Assembly (NCBI GenBank): GCA_964016885.1
Contig: OZ024761.1
Location: 30,876,001-30,940,000, forward strand
Origin: Eledone cirrhosa
Taxonomy: Eukaryota
Direction of reading: 5' to 3'
Length of the DNA stretch: 64,000 nucleotides
Numbering within the stretch: position 1 is the stretch's first letter; each line of letters starts with the position of its first letter. Positions 12,047 through 25,330 of the stretch are shown here, one piece after another. The notes beneath the pieces were generated by a model, which was not told the DNA's origin, searched no databases, and saw nothing but the letters and a program-made list of their open reading frames with translations. The position numbers were made by a program, and so were the translations under genes.

Positions 12047-14384
12047 TCTATGGCAGTGCATGATACAATTAGTATGTATGTCAACTCCTATGATTACTGT
12101 TTTGTTATAGGATTTCAAATACAATGTTTGTTTGGGGTTTTTTTTTTGTTTTCATTTAAATACCCACCTACCTACATACATCTAATCTCCTTTTAATGAT
12201 AGTTAAAACTTGCAAAGCTTTGGCCCAATATATAACTGACCAGAATTCTAGCCAGTTTTTAAAGAAAAGCTACTATTACTGATGTAAAGGTATTGTTCTC
12301 AGATTCAATATTATTTAAAGTAGAGCCTTTACCATGAAAATGTAATAGTAAATAAAGAGTAATGTAAATGCTAAAGGGTTAAACATGTCTAATATGATAG
12401 CTTTCAGATATTGGGAAAAAGAGGATTTTAAGAGGGGGGTCAAAATTAAATTACATTTCATGTCCTATTTTTGAAGTGCCAGATCATACTGCACACAATT
12501 TATTATAAAGTACTAAATTGTTTTGTTCCTTATTATGTAACAGCAGTGTGCCATGCATGATAGGAACACTATAATTCTAATGTTACTTGGAGATTACTTA
12601 GAGATCTTAATCATGATAGTCACAACTGTTCTAGTTAAAACGTTTCATCTTATGAGGATTACTGTTACGAAAAATTCCCTGGCCTGTTCAACATTTGGAT
12701 TATCTCTTAATATCCTGTACCACATGAAACTTCATCAGCAAGCCATTGAAAAATACAAAACGGTATTTTGACTGCATCACACTGAAATTGCAAATTTGTG
12801 TCATGAGAAAGTTGGATAGAGCGCTTTGTAGTGTTTGGACCAGCTCTGAGTTCAGTTCCTGCTGAGGTCGATTCTTCCTCTATATCTCTTTCACTTCTTA
12901 TTCTATTGAGGAAACCTGCTGTGCTCGGGCGGGCTTTAGAAAATGAACAAATCACCATATGGTGCCCCTACTCCATCAGGAGTAGTGGGATAAACCTATT
13001 TTGGGATATTTCTGCTAAATCATTACAGGATGTTAAGAGATAATACTACAACAAATTTTCACTTGTTAGAGTTAATACTAACTCAGTTTCATGTTCTTTG
13101 TTTTTGTTAGTTGAAAGTGTATATATATATAAAAAAAAAAGATCTTTTCTTCTAACAAACTTTATTCAAAACTTTGTACACAAAAAAAAAAAAATTCTTT
13201 TTTTTTTGTAAAATTAAAGCAAATTTAATGAATCCTGTACTTCATGCTGCTTATATTTCTTTTTCTTTGTCTATATATTTCTGGGAGGGTCATGAGGGCA
13301 GAATCCTCAAGCACACGGTGTCAGGAGTACACGTCTCTAATTGATGCAGGTGATAAATTGTACACTAAGATTCCACACAGTTATTTCTTCGTCATAGAGG
13401 CAGAGTCCTCAGACAGGTCCTATCAGAAACAACTATCTCCGGCTGGACAGCCAAGCTTATGTATGTTATCCTACAATCTTACTTAGAGTCTCCTGCCAGT
13501 TGGTTTTGATTATAAAATTATGAATTCAAACCTCACTTGCACTCAATTTTGCTTGTGAATCGAACTCTAAGCCATGTAGTTTTTAGGATAGATAGACCGT
13601 AGAGGAGGCAACTGGCTGTAAAACATTTGTTTCAAAATCTCAACCCGTGGACAGAGACTTTTTAACCCTTAAAGCTTTTAAACTGGTTATATCTGGCCAG
13701 AATTTTCTCACCTCTTTCTGTTCAAATAGATTAAGCCTTTACCACGAAAATACAATAGTAAATGGTTAAACACCATGGTTGAGGAAAGGAGGCTTTCGGC
13801 AACTGAGGCAAGTTGGCAGTGTATAAACCAACCAATCAAAATGAAGCTTTCATTAAAAACAAAAGAAGGTTTATATTCATAGAACATTTAAAATGTATCA
13901 AGTTTTATTCAACTCAGTTTCTGATAATCAATAAAACAATGTTTTGTCTAAAGAAACGGAAAGAGTTTCTGGTGGGAATCAAAATCCAAATAATTATCAA
14001 GGTTTTCTTTTCAAAAACAAAAAGAAAGATTAAGTCTTCTGGTCTACCTCAGTGGAGAGAACAATAAAAGGAGCAGAGGAGGAATGGACATATTTCTTGT
14101 ATGACAACATTGAGGAGAGATTATGGTTTCCCATCCATTTATATGAAAAAATAACATGCTCCCATTTTGCAAAATGCAGGGAAAGGAATCTATCTTCTGG
14201 GGCACCATTTAAAGACCACTGCTACATTCTGGGTGGGATAAAGGGGGGGACATTTGAGTTGTTTTCCCTCATAGTCTTCAGGTATGTATGAGGATCCAAT
14301 CTTCAACCATTCCGACAGCCATCAGTTTTAGTTGTCCTTAATACTTACAGTGATGAACTGTGTGGGGTATATATATATACACTT

Positions 14385-14700
14385 GGAGTTACCAGTTTAT
14401 ACAAGACCTTGTTTCATCTAAGTACTTAATACTTGAGAAAGTAGAGTACATGTATATATATACACAGATTGAGAGTTACGAATTTAGACTAGTAAGACCA
14501 TGTTCATCTAAGTACTCAATACTTGAGAAAGTCGAGTGTATATACACATATAGACTGGGAGTTTCCAGTTGATACTAGTAAAGACCATGTTTCAGCTAAG
14601 TATTCAATACTTGAGAAAGAGTATGTCTGTATATATTTATATATACAGATTAGACTAGTAAGACCATGTTTCAGCTAAGTACTCAATACTTAAGAAAGTA
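14385..14700. repeat. Degenerate ~85-bp tandem repeat (4 copies) in the presumed USP30 3'UTR
   Basis: Repeated agaccatgttt.a.ctaagtactcaatacttgagaaag. Confidence 0.7.
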
Positions 14701-15004
14701 GTGTGTAAATAAATATATAAATATGGTAGAATTGTTAGAAACACACACTTAATGCTGACATTGGATTGGAGGATTTGATGCTGTGAAATTTTCATGCACC
14801 ATGTTGGCTGAGTCAGCTACTGTGTAGTATATTGGATCTGCAGTTAAATGTGAAATAAAATAATTTAAAACATTCTAAATTTCCTACAGATGTGAGAGTG
14901 TGTGTGTATTTGTGTATATATATATATATACATATGAGTCTGTGCTTTCAACAGAAAATATTACCGAATGATGGTGCTAGAAGCTAAGAAAAATTAAACC
15001 CCAA

Positions 15005-15395
15005 TCAGACCTTCTCGTAAAACAACATATATGCTTCAGAGTTCAATACTTGCGAGAGGCTGACTTTTTTGACAACTGTGTCGGAGGTGAAAAGCCATTT
15101 ATCGCTGTGCTTCTCACCCGACTGGTATGTGGGGCAACGTCTGTATGAAACAAAATGACCGCTCACTACATCTCCTATGTGTTCAATAACAGCAATCAGT
15201 CTATAGGTGTGAGCACTGAGGTCATATTTTGGTGGGTTAGGGCCATTTTGGTTGACATCTGTCTGTACGTTTGAATACATGGCACTTTGCAATGCAGGGG
15301 TTGCTAAAAACTCATTCATGGTGGTCTGCGAATGGTGGTTTAAGGCTCGTAATAAATTAACAGCAGCCGATGATGATGTCAGTCTCGTTAGTGAT
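15005..15395 (-). CDS. USP30: USP30 last coding exon (His box)
   Basis: YRLIAVIEHIGDVVSGHFVSYRR...WLFTSDTVV...AYMLFYEKV; Ser at the third catalytic position as in USP30. Confidence 0.93.
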
Positions 15396-15889
15396 CTGGG
15401 AAAGAAAGAAAAATAATATTAACCATTTAGTTACCAATCCGGCCAAAACTGGCTCTGGTTCTATGAAATAAAACTACCCATTTTAAAGGTTTCCAATTTA
15501 AATTTTCTAACATCATTTTATATAAGAACCTTATATTAAGTTACTATCTTAGTAATATAATAATTTTAGTAAATCCCTCAAAATTCTTTGTGTCACTTCA
15601 GTTTTATTGATAGTGAAGTAACTAACCCATTCCTCGGTTAGTTTAGAAAATGTAAGGAACTTAGTCGAAACATCAGCTGAATATTGAGAGTGAGAAAGTT
15701 ATTTTATTAAATTCTTTCAAATTCTCAATTATTTATAGGCAATGTCTTCCATTAAAAATATAGTAACTAGTAACAAAACAGTTGAAGACATGATAAAAAT
15801 GTTGGTGCCAGGAAGGATATCCAACTGTAAAATATTGCCTAAAAAAAAAAAAATACAAAGACGCGCACACTAACAAAATAGTAACCTAC

Positions 15890-16083
15890 CGATTCACATT
15901 AGAAGCTCTTCCACCAAACAACCAATTCTTGCGGTCCTTCTCACCAGCAGAACCAGCACCCATGTATATAAATTCATCCATTTGAAGAGTTTCGGGAAAA
16001 GATATTCGTTCAAATCTCTTGACTGGGACATTGTTGTTTAACCAATGTGTCCTGGGTATATGGAGACACAAACACTGCGGTAA
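15890..16083 (-). CDS. USP30: USP30 exon 7
   Basis: ttcag/gtagg; LPQCLCLHIPRTHWLNNNVPVKRFERISFPETL. Confidence 0.93.
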
Positions 16084-16109
16084 CTGAAACAGAAGACGGT
16101 TCAGAGATT

Positions 16110-16594
16110 ATATCTATATGATTAGATAGCTAAGGTATATATCTATATGACTGGATGGTTAAGGTGTTTGTATATCTATATGACTGGATGGTTAAGGTGT
16201 TTGTATATCTATATGACTGGATGGTTAAGGTGTTTGTATATCTATATGACTGGATGGTTAAGGTGTTTGTATATCTATATGACTGGATGGTTAAGGTGTT
16301 TGTATATCTATATGACTGGATGGTTAAGGTGTTTGTATATCTATATGACTAGATGGTTAAGGTGTTTGAATATTTATATGACTGGATGGTTAAGGTGTTT
16401 GAATATTTATATGACTGGATGGTTAAGGTTTTTGTATATCTATATGACTGGATGGTTAAGGTTTTTGTATATCTATATGACTGGATGGTTAAGGTGTTTG
16501 TATATCTATATGATTGGATGGTTAAGGTGTTTGTATATCTATATGACTGGATGGTTAAGGTGTTTGTATATCTATATGACTGGATGGTTAAGGT
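16110..16594. repeat. 33-bp minisatellite, about 14-15 copies
   Basis: atatctatatgactggatggttaaggtgtttgt. Confidence 0.95.
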
Positions 16595-16847
16595 GAATGC
16601 TTTTTTATTTTAGTCTTTCTTCGTTGTTTTATTTAGAGTAATATAATAATTGTACTACTGGCGCAGTGACTTTCATTTATTTAATACATTTATACTGATC
16701 TAATAATATGGAATTATATAACTACTATTGATTTATGATCAATAATCGTTAAATAATGAACTGGTTAAGCACTAAACTACCGTTATATATGTGTGTATAC
16801 ATCGCCTTTTGTTTTATTTTCGTTGTTCAAAGCACACACACATACAC

Positions 16848-16889
<42 letters not shown>

Positions 16890-18044
16890 GTTTGATTATT
16901 GACTCGTCAATGTCACGTTTCACATCATGACTAGAGTCGCAGGTAAACAGTGACAGACACACATACACACACATATATATAGAGAGAGAGATAACGTGAG
17001 ACGACGAGTAGTAAACAGTGAGATACGCTCACACACCAGAAACTATCGTCTGCTTCCGACAACCGCCAATGTTTACGTTATTTATTTTACTCTTTCTTCG
17101 TTGTTTTTCATTAACAATGTCTTATAACGTTGTAAATGTTATGACGAATACGTTGATGTCTTGTAGTCTGTTTATATACATATTTATTTTGTTGAAGGTA
17201 GTTTTAACTGATAGAGCGACCAAGTAATGCCTTGGTGTCGTAACATTTTAAACCAATTCCAGTAACAGTCAAAGGGAAATAAATCCTGCAGGCCTTCTTT
17301 TGTATCTGTCAAGATTTACTTCCCTTTTACTGTTAAATTGATTTGGTTCCACGAAGATCTCGGATATTTATTAGGAGCATCGTGAATGTTTCAGAGATTC
17401 TTTTGTTTTACCGAATTCAGTCATTAGATTAAGGCCATGCTGGAGCATCGACTTAAAAGGATTTACTCGGTTATATCGACACCAGCACTTTTTTTTTTCA
17501 AGCCTAGCACTTATTTATCGATCTCTTTTTGTCGAACTACTATGTTACAGACTAAACAAACAGTAAATAGAGTCATGTGTATCATCATCGTTATTTTACG
17601 TCTATTTTCCATTCTTGCATCAGTTAGACTAGCTGTCGTGTTCCCAACTCTTCCTCATACTATCATTGTATCACATTAAAAAGTGAAGTGTTTACTTCTA
17701 ATACTTAAACATAATATTAAGACTTGATTTCTTGTTATTTTCATTTCATTAGGAAATTGGTTCTATGAAATAAAGTCACCCATTTTAAAAGTTTCCAATT
17801 TATATTAAAATCTTCCAACATAATTTTATATAAGAACCTTATATTAACCCTTTAGCATTTAAACCAGCCGGAATTCTCTCACCTCTTTCCGTTCAAACTG
17901 GCTGCTCATACTTTAAATTATTGTTCTGAAAATATATATCAAAATCTCATAGATTCATTATTATATTTACTATTGTATTTTCATGGTACTGTAAATGCTA
18001 AAAGGTTAAATAGTTAAAAAAAAAAAAAATAGGTAAATACTTAC

Positions 18045-18197
18045 TTTTCCAATGCTTAATTTCTTAAGAAATGTTGATTGCACCACTTTAGTCTGGTTGA
18101 TATTGTGTGCTTTATCTGTACAACCAGGGCAGTCAACATTAAAAACTGTTTCACTTGTTATAAACTTCTGTAATAACATCTCAAGGGAAAGAGGACC
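18045..18197 (-). CDS. USP30: USP30 exon 6
   Basis: ttttaag/gtaag; GPLSLEMLLQKFITSETVFNVDCPGC...TFLKKLSIGK. Confidence 0.9.
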
Positions 18198-18468
18198 CTT
18201 AAAAGTAAAGAGAACATGTTATTTATTACATATTTTAGCAATATTCTAAAGTGTAACACTAAATACAGGATAATTAGATTTATAGTAATGTATAAAGAAA
18301 ATTAAAATAAAATTTCGTGGGGATTGATTAACAAAATTTAATATGGGGGAGAAGAAATAAGAGCAGTGGGGGTTGGAAAAAATCTGAAAAATTAATAAGC
18401 GGGGGCAGGGATGATTATTCGAGACCCGAGAATACACAACTATACTTTCAACTCTAAATGATACTTAC

Positions 18469-18669
18469 CCAATGACTTTCAGGAATATTTAGTGAAAGAC
18501 TGTCAAACAAGTCGTATTTAACTGGATAACAATAAGAACAAGACTGGCAAGTAAGCTGGCTGGCAAAGTGACCACGAAATGGATGGTCTGTGTCTCGTGG
18601 TAAAACTGGCAACAATCCTTTACTGCGAGTTACAGCTGATTTGCAGGTCTGGTATTCGTTATCGGGGTT
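18469..18669 (-). CDS. USP30: USP30 exon 5
   Basis: ttcag/gtaag; HPFRGHFASQLTCQSCSYCYPVKYDLFDSLSLNIP. Confidence 0.93.
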
Positions 18670-19258
18670 CTGAAAGGAAAATTAGTGGTAAATTTTCATA
18701 ATTACACCCATCTAAAGAAAATGAAAACATCCTTTATTGCAAGTTACAGCTGATTTGCAGGCTTGGTATTCCACACTCCACCCATGTACTAACACATCAC
18801 CCTTCATCCACGTCCTTACACCACCACCCTTCACCAGATAAGTGCCCCTACCCTAGATTTATCTCTCCAATCCCCATATACCTCCCCCTTCCCCAGTCCA
18901 CACTGTAAAGTGGTCGTGTAGGTGTCATGACAAAAAGCATCCAGTCCATACTGTAAAGTGGTTGTGTAGGCGTCACAACAAAAGGCACCCAGCACACACT
19001 GTAAATGAAGTTGGCGTTAGGAAGAGCATCCAACCGTAGAAGCCAAGCCCAAATCAGTTCTGTGTGAGCGAAACGCGGCCCTTTGACCTGATCTCTCACA
19101 AAGGGGACAACCCGTGCTAGCCATGCTAGCGTGGAAAATGTATGTTAAACGATGATGATGATCTATGTGTGTGTAATGAAGAAAAATATGTGAATTACAA
19201 GTTAGAGGCATAAAAATTAACTGCGTAAGAAACAAATGTGAAAACCAAGGACACTTAC

Positions 19259-19357
19259 CTGTAATGCTGATACATCAAAAAGTGATAAAACTTTAGGGTA
19301 ATGACCAGTTTCCTCAGCAAGGGTCTGAGTTAAGGCATGAAAAAGTTCATGTGCATC
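19259..19357 (-). CDS. USP30: USP30 exon 4
   Basis: ttag/gtaag; (Q)DAHELFHALTQTL, the USP QDAxE motif. Confidence 0.93.
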
Positions 19358-19490
19358 CTAACAAATAAATGGAGAAAGGAACCACATGAGAGGGATACTT
19401 TCAAACAATATGGAAATAAACAATAACAACAGGGACTCTAAATACAACAAAAATATGAGAGAATATTCAATCGGTTGAAATAATGAAAAG

Positions 19491-19943
19491 GAAAGGAGCC
19501 AAGCATCAGGTTGGACCAAGGAGACAATGTTTCCATTGCTGATATCATCTGCCAGCCACAACTCCAGGCAGAAAGGAGCCAAGCGCCAGGTTGGACCAAG
19601 GAGACAATGTTTCCATTGCTGATATCATCTGCCAGCCACAACTCCAGGCAGAAAGGAGCCAAGCGCCAGGTTGAACCAAGGAGACAATGTTTCCATTGCT
19701 GATATCATCTGCCAGCCACAACTCCAGGCAGAAAGGAGCCAAGCGCCAGGTTGGACCAAGGAGACAATGTTTCCATTGCTGATATCATCTGCCAGCCACA
19801 ACTCCAGGCAGAAAGGAGCCAAGCGCCAGGTTGGACCACGTAGACAATGTTTCCATTGCTGATATCATCTGCCAGCCAAGCGCCAGGTTGGACCAAGTAG
19901 ACAATGTTTCCATTGCTGATACCATCTGCCACAACTCCTGGCA
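19491..19943. repeat. 80-bp tandem repeat, about 5.5 copies
   Basis: Units start at 19491, 19571, 19651, 19731 and 19811. Confidence 0.93.
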
Positions 19944-20852
19944 AAACATACAAAGCCAGATCAGACACTGCATGCATGCATGGTCCCATAACTGAGGGGG
20001 TCGTAGGGGCACTGTATTGACATACATCTAGGGCATTGTTAAACCTGGCAGAGCCCATCCCTTCTCCAGGTCTGAATACAGCAGATTTCTTCCAGAGAAG
20101 GACAGAGGGAGAAAATGGCAATCAGAAAGCAATATAAAGGAAGAATCAACCCCAGTACTTGACTGGTACTTTTTTTATCGACCTCAAATAGATAAAAGGC
20201 AAATTTGACTGCAAAGTATTTTATCCAGCATTCAAATGACTTTGCCAATTCGCCACTTTAGATGAGATGCTGGAGAGCAGGAATTCTAACTAAGCACAGC
20301 CATTGAAGTGGTACTTTACTTTACCAACTCCGAAAGGATGAAAGGCAACGTTGACCCTGGCAGGATTTGAATTCAGAATGTAAAAAGCTGGAACAAATAC
20401 TGCTAAACATTTGCTTGATTTAAATAATGGACTTAGCACAAAGCCAACAATTTTTTTAGGAAAGTCAATTAAATCGACCCCAGTGCATTACTGGTACTTT
20501 TTATTGACATCGTAAGGATTAAAGGCAAAGCTAACCTTGGTGGGATTTGAACTTAGAACGTAAAGGGATGTAACTCTAGCATTCTCTCCAACGCTCTAAC
20601 AATTCCACCAATCTACCGCCATGTTTAATTTAAATCAGCCATTTCTGACCAGAATTCTTTCATCTCTTTCTGTTCAAACCAGCAGTAACTGGCCACTCAT
20701 ACTGATGTTAGGGTATTGTTCTTAAAATAAACAATAACAAAATCTCATAGATTCGATATTCTATGACAAAGCCTTTACCATGAAAATACAATAGTATATA
20801 AAGAATAATGTAAATGATAAAGGGTTAAATAATAAAATATAAAAGTACTAAC

Positions 20853-20950
20853 TTGTTCATCATCAGGAATAACCCATCGAGACCGGAGAGCATTTAGGAC
20901 TTCACTGGGACAAAACGTATCTCTGTCATGGTAGGTCTTGTTTGTCAACA
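20853..20950 (-). CDS. USP30: USP30 exon 3
   Basis: ttcag/gttag; ...EVLNALRSRWVIPDDEQ. Confidence 0.9.
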
Positions 20951-21280
20951 CTGAAAATACACAGGAAGAAGAAACATGTTTATAATGGCCAGAGGAAGAC
21001 AGCTTGATCAGTCTAGCAGCTACATCTCAACTAAATGGACTGTAAGTAGTGATGTGAAATAAATATTTCCTCATTACATTAAATGGGCCAAACCACAATC
21101 CAGCAACATTCATTCAAAACCTACTGGTGAAATATTTGACATACACGACCTGGACAGGACACCAGTCTATCACAAGGTTAAAGTCTGTCTCGAGCCAGGA
21201 GGCTCATTCCATGGCGTTAAACAACAGAGTACAAGACTCCACCTTGGACAGGTTGCCAGTCCATTGCAAGTACTCATTTT

Positions 21281-22261
21281 CAGCTGAGTATACTGGAGTA
21301 ATGTGAAATGAAGTGTTTTGCTCAAGAACACAACACACAACCCAGTCCAGGAATCAAACCCATGGCATTGTGATCATAAGTCAAACAAACTTACCACTAG
21401 GCTACATGACTCCATTTAAAACAGCTGTGTATACTGGACCAACATGAAATGAAGTGTTTTGCTCAAGAACACAACACACAACCCAGTCCAGGAATCAAAC
21501 CCATGGCATTGTGATCATAAGTCAAACAAACTTACCACTAGGCTACATGACTCCATTTAAAACAGCTGTGTATACTGGACCAACATGAAATGAAGTGTTT
21601 TGCTCAAGAACACAACACACAACCCAGTCCAGGAATCAAACCCATGGCATTGTGATCATAAGTCAAACAAACTTACCACTAGGCTACATGACTCCATTTA
21701 AAACAGCTGTGTATACTGGACCAACATGAAATGAAGTGTTTTGCTCAAGAACACAACACACAACCCAGTCCAGGAATCAAACCCATGGCATTGTGATCAT
21801 AAGTCAAACAAACTTACCACTAGGCTACATGACTCCATTTAAAACAGCTGTGTATACTGGACCAACATGAAATGAAGTGTTTTGCTCAAGAACACAACAC
21901 ACAACCCAGTCCAGGAATCAAACCCATGGCATTGTGATCATAAGTCAAACAAACTTACCACTAGGCTACATGACTCCATTTAAAACAGCTGTGTATACTG
22001 GACCAACATGAAATGAAGTGTTTTGCTCAAGAACACAACACACAACCCAGTCCAGGAATCAAACCCATGGCATTGTGATCATAAGTCAAACAAACTTACC
22101 ACTAGGCTACATGACTCCATTTAAAACAGCTGTGTATACTGGACCAACATGAAATGAAGTGTTTTGCTCAAGAACACAACATACAACCCAGTCCAGGAAT
22201 TGAACCCATGGCATTGTGATCCTATGTCCAGCACACTTACCACCAGGCCACATGTGTCCAC
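21281..22261 (-). repeat. 141-bp tandem array (7 copies) of a tRNA-SINE head
   Basis: Period 141; minus strand has tagcctagtgg (A box), ggtttgattcc (B-box-like) and ttgagcaaaacactt. Confidence 0.9.
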
Positions 22262-22290
22262 TTAATTAATCAATAACAATCTCCATTTAC

Positions 22291-22461
22291 CTTTAAGTGT
22301 CTTCAACATTGTATAGGCAAGATAGTTTTCTGTCTTGTTCATGTGTTTTCTAAGCAGAATCTTACTGAGCCAGTCAAGAATACTTTGACATGGTGCCAAA
22401 GCTTGTAGAACGGCATTTAGAAAACATGTATTTCCAAGATTCTCTAAACCAGGAGCAACAT
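22291..22461 (-). CDS. USP30: USP30 exon 2 (catalytic Cys box)
   Basis: tag/gtaaa; PGLENLGNTCFLNAVLQALAPC. Confidence 0.95.
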
Positions 22462-23075
22462 CTATAAGAAAAGAAATTGAAAAACATTTAAGATAAATAT
22501 ACAAACACACAGGCAAGCATACATTACACATAACCACAGACAAACATACATCACACGTAACCACAGACAAACATACATCACACATAACCACAGACAAACA
22601 TACATCACACACAAGCATACATTACACACTCAAACATAATATGGTGGTGAAGAGGCAAAATTGATAGAATATAGGATAGAATGGTTTGTAGTATTATTTC
22701 CAGCTGACTGCATCCTTAGTATAAACTTTGCCTTTCATACTTTCAAGGTCTATAAATAAGGTGTTATTACAGTACTGTAGTTGGTTCTCTCTCTCTCTAC
22801 CTCACACACACTTTCTCTCAGTGTCATACACATTATCTGGAAGAAATTTGCAAGGTTTAAAACGCCCATATATATATATATATATATCCTGTCTGGCTCT
22901 TAACTCGCGAAGGGGTCAAAATGGCACGGTTCTGACATGCAGCGCGTCTTTTGACATATATGCATACTGACTGGGTGTCCCCTCCAAAAAAATGTATACG
23001 CACTTTGATTACCTGTACAGGCAATATATATTAGAATTTGTTTAAGTGTGCATACATTTTTTTGGACACCCTGTG

Positions 23076-23119
<44 letters not shown>

Positions 23120-23202
23120 TATATATAGGCATATGCTGACCAGTCGCTGAAGTGAATAACTCGTATGAGAGGCTGCATATCAACGGATATTTACATCTGT
23201 GG

Positions 23203-23269
23203 ATTTTATCTGAAGAGAACATGTTGACTGATGTTATACAAAAGCCACACGTCTTCGAAATAATAAAAT
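23203..23269 (+). ncRNA. Degenerate hammerhead relic (stem III collapsed)
   Basis: attttat-CTGAAGA-gaa...ttc-GAAAT-a-ataaaat. Confidence 0.4.
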
Positions 23270-23412
23270 AAATAGCGATGGACTAACGTAACCGTTTTAT
23301 TTGTTTATCATAATAAAACTCCGGATGGACATAAATCGTTGAGTGCTTGACCCTGTTGTGTAAAAGTCGGCAGATTTTCAATCAACCATATATATATATA
23401 TATATATATATA

Positions 23413-23596
23413 CCGTATTTCCCGGCGTCGAAGACACTACTTTTTTTTCCTAAAATAAGTCTTAAATCTACTATGCGTCCTGGAAGCCGAAGGTTGTTTA
23501 TCACTTTTTTTTTTCTTTTTTTTTTTTCAAATTTTTGGTTGTCAACATTAGGGTGCTTCCTCGAGGACGAAGCGTCTTCGGCACCGGGAAATACGG
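23413..23596. mobile_element. Tc1/pogo-type MITE with TA target duplication
   Basis: TA|ccgtatttcccggcgtcgaagac ... gtcttcggcaccgggaaatacgg|TA. Confidence 0.8.
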
Positions 23597-24374
23597 TATC
23601 TTATACACATACACACACACATATATATATATATATATACCGACATACACACACAATCATTCCTCAACTGTAAACGCTCCTCTAAACTTGTGGCAGTAAG
23701 TTATTTTAACAGTCAAAACAACTAGCATTGCATTGGCCGTGGATGTACAAACAAGAGGAAAATATTACTGAATATATATATATATGTTTCTTTTATTTGC
23801 CACTAGGGCATCAAAAGTGGGACAAGTACAAATATATATATATATATATATATAAAGATATAATTTATTTTTAGGGAGATTTAGCTGCCATTTCGAGCAG
23901 AACATGCAACCGCAAAGAAGTTTCCTCTTTGATATAATAATAATTGTTTCTACTTTTGGCACAAGACCAGCAACTATCCAGTACATTACTGGTACTTTAT
24001 TTTATTGACCCCGTAAGGATGAAAGGCAAAGTTAACCTCGGCGGGATTTGAACTCAGAATGGCAAGGGCCGTAAATGATAGTAGTAGCTGTGGGGGAGAA
24101 GGAGGCTGTTAGATAAACAAGGTTGGATAAACATGTTTTTGTGAAGTTAATTAAGGTCATTCGATGTGTGTGTTTGTTTGTTTGTATATATGTGTGTGTG
24201 TGTTGGCATAATTAGTTTCATGTCCCCCCCCCCCCTCTCACTGGTTTTGTTTTCTTAAAACTTTCTTAATAAAACGCACCTTTTAATAGAATTTTACAGA
24301 AATATGTTTTCGAATGCGTAGATTATAATTATCTTTTTTTTTTTCTTCAAAAATTTACTTTATATATTTATGTT

Positions 24375-24417
24375 TACGAGCTGAGGATCCGCTAAGGTGA
24401 AACAATTGTTCTCGGTA
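24375..24417 (+). ncRNA. Degenerate Penelope-type hammerhead
   Basis: cgag-CTGAGGA-tccgctaaggt-GAAAC-aatt-GTT-ctcg; stem II weak. Confidence 0.55.
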
Positions 24418-24542
24418 TGGTGAACTAACTGTTGTGTAACCACTTCTATATATATATGAAAAGAGTCAGAGCACCGGAGCTAAGCCGTCGGGTGCCTGAG
24501 TACTCAGGCATGGTCCACCTGGTATCTTACCACACTGTTTGT

Positions 24543-24575
<33 letters not shown>

Positions 24576-24841
24576 CCTGCCAACCTCTAAAAACCCAAAC
24601 GGGGGAGAAATGAGGCAAAATGAGATTTTTACATAATGAGAGCTATACCAATTTTCACAAGAGAAGACATCTCTTACCCACCCCAAAGTGGGTGAGAGAT
24701 CTACCCGTCGGACTTGACACGTCTGATATATATATCAGTGAATCATAGATGTAGATATGACATGACATTCCTTGTATAAAAAATCTATGACATTATACTG
24801 ATTGATAAACTCAACGTTCGTTATAAACATGTGATATGATA

Positions 24842-25330
24842 TGTTTCTTTATTAGCCACAGGGGCACAACAGAAGGGGACAAATACAAAGGGGGAAGTTT
24901 ACATACAATAAAAACGTGTAAAATGTTATCACAAATGCAATTAAAAAAATTTGTCTCTTTTCCCCAATAGGGGGAGACAGTTCATATTGGGTAACACATA
25001 CCCCCGAAAAAATGTGCAACCCTCATCTCCAGGAGTACGAAGAGTTTGTACTCCTTTCCTCTCCTCCTCCTTTTCCTTAACCTACAGGCTGATATAGAGA
25101 GAAGGCCCATTCACTCGGGCCATTCTCGCCACTTTCACCCACCTTTCATAAAACTTGCTGGGGTACAGCACCTCTCTTTCCATCCTGATTCTTCTTCCAA
25201 AGTGGTATTTGAAAAAAAGAATCAGTTGTTGGCCGGAGAGAAAGGTGTCTGACCTCAGCCCTTTCAACCTTGTCCACCATACAACCTCTTTCGCCATAGC
25301 TATCACACAAAGGAAAACCGCCTCTCCTTC
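24842..25330 (-). mobile_element. 5'-truncated L1/Tx1-like LINE with an 11-bp TSD
   Basis: AMAKEVVWWTR...F..RW C-terminal motif; gtgatatgata at 24831-24841 and 25331-25341. Confidence 0.6.

Noticed and set aside
16147-16613. Repetitive MTGWLRCLYIY ORFs (also the 80-bp repeat ORFs at 19358-20121)
   Set aside because: Minisatellite translations inside USP30 introns
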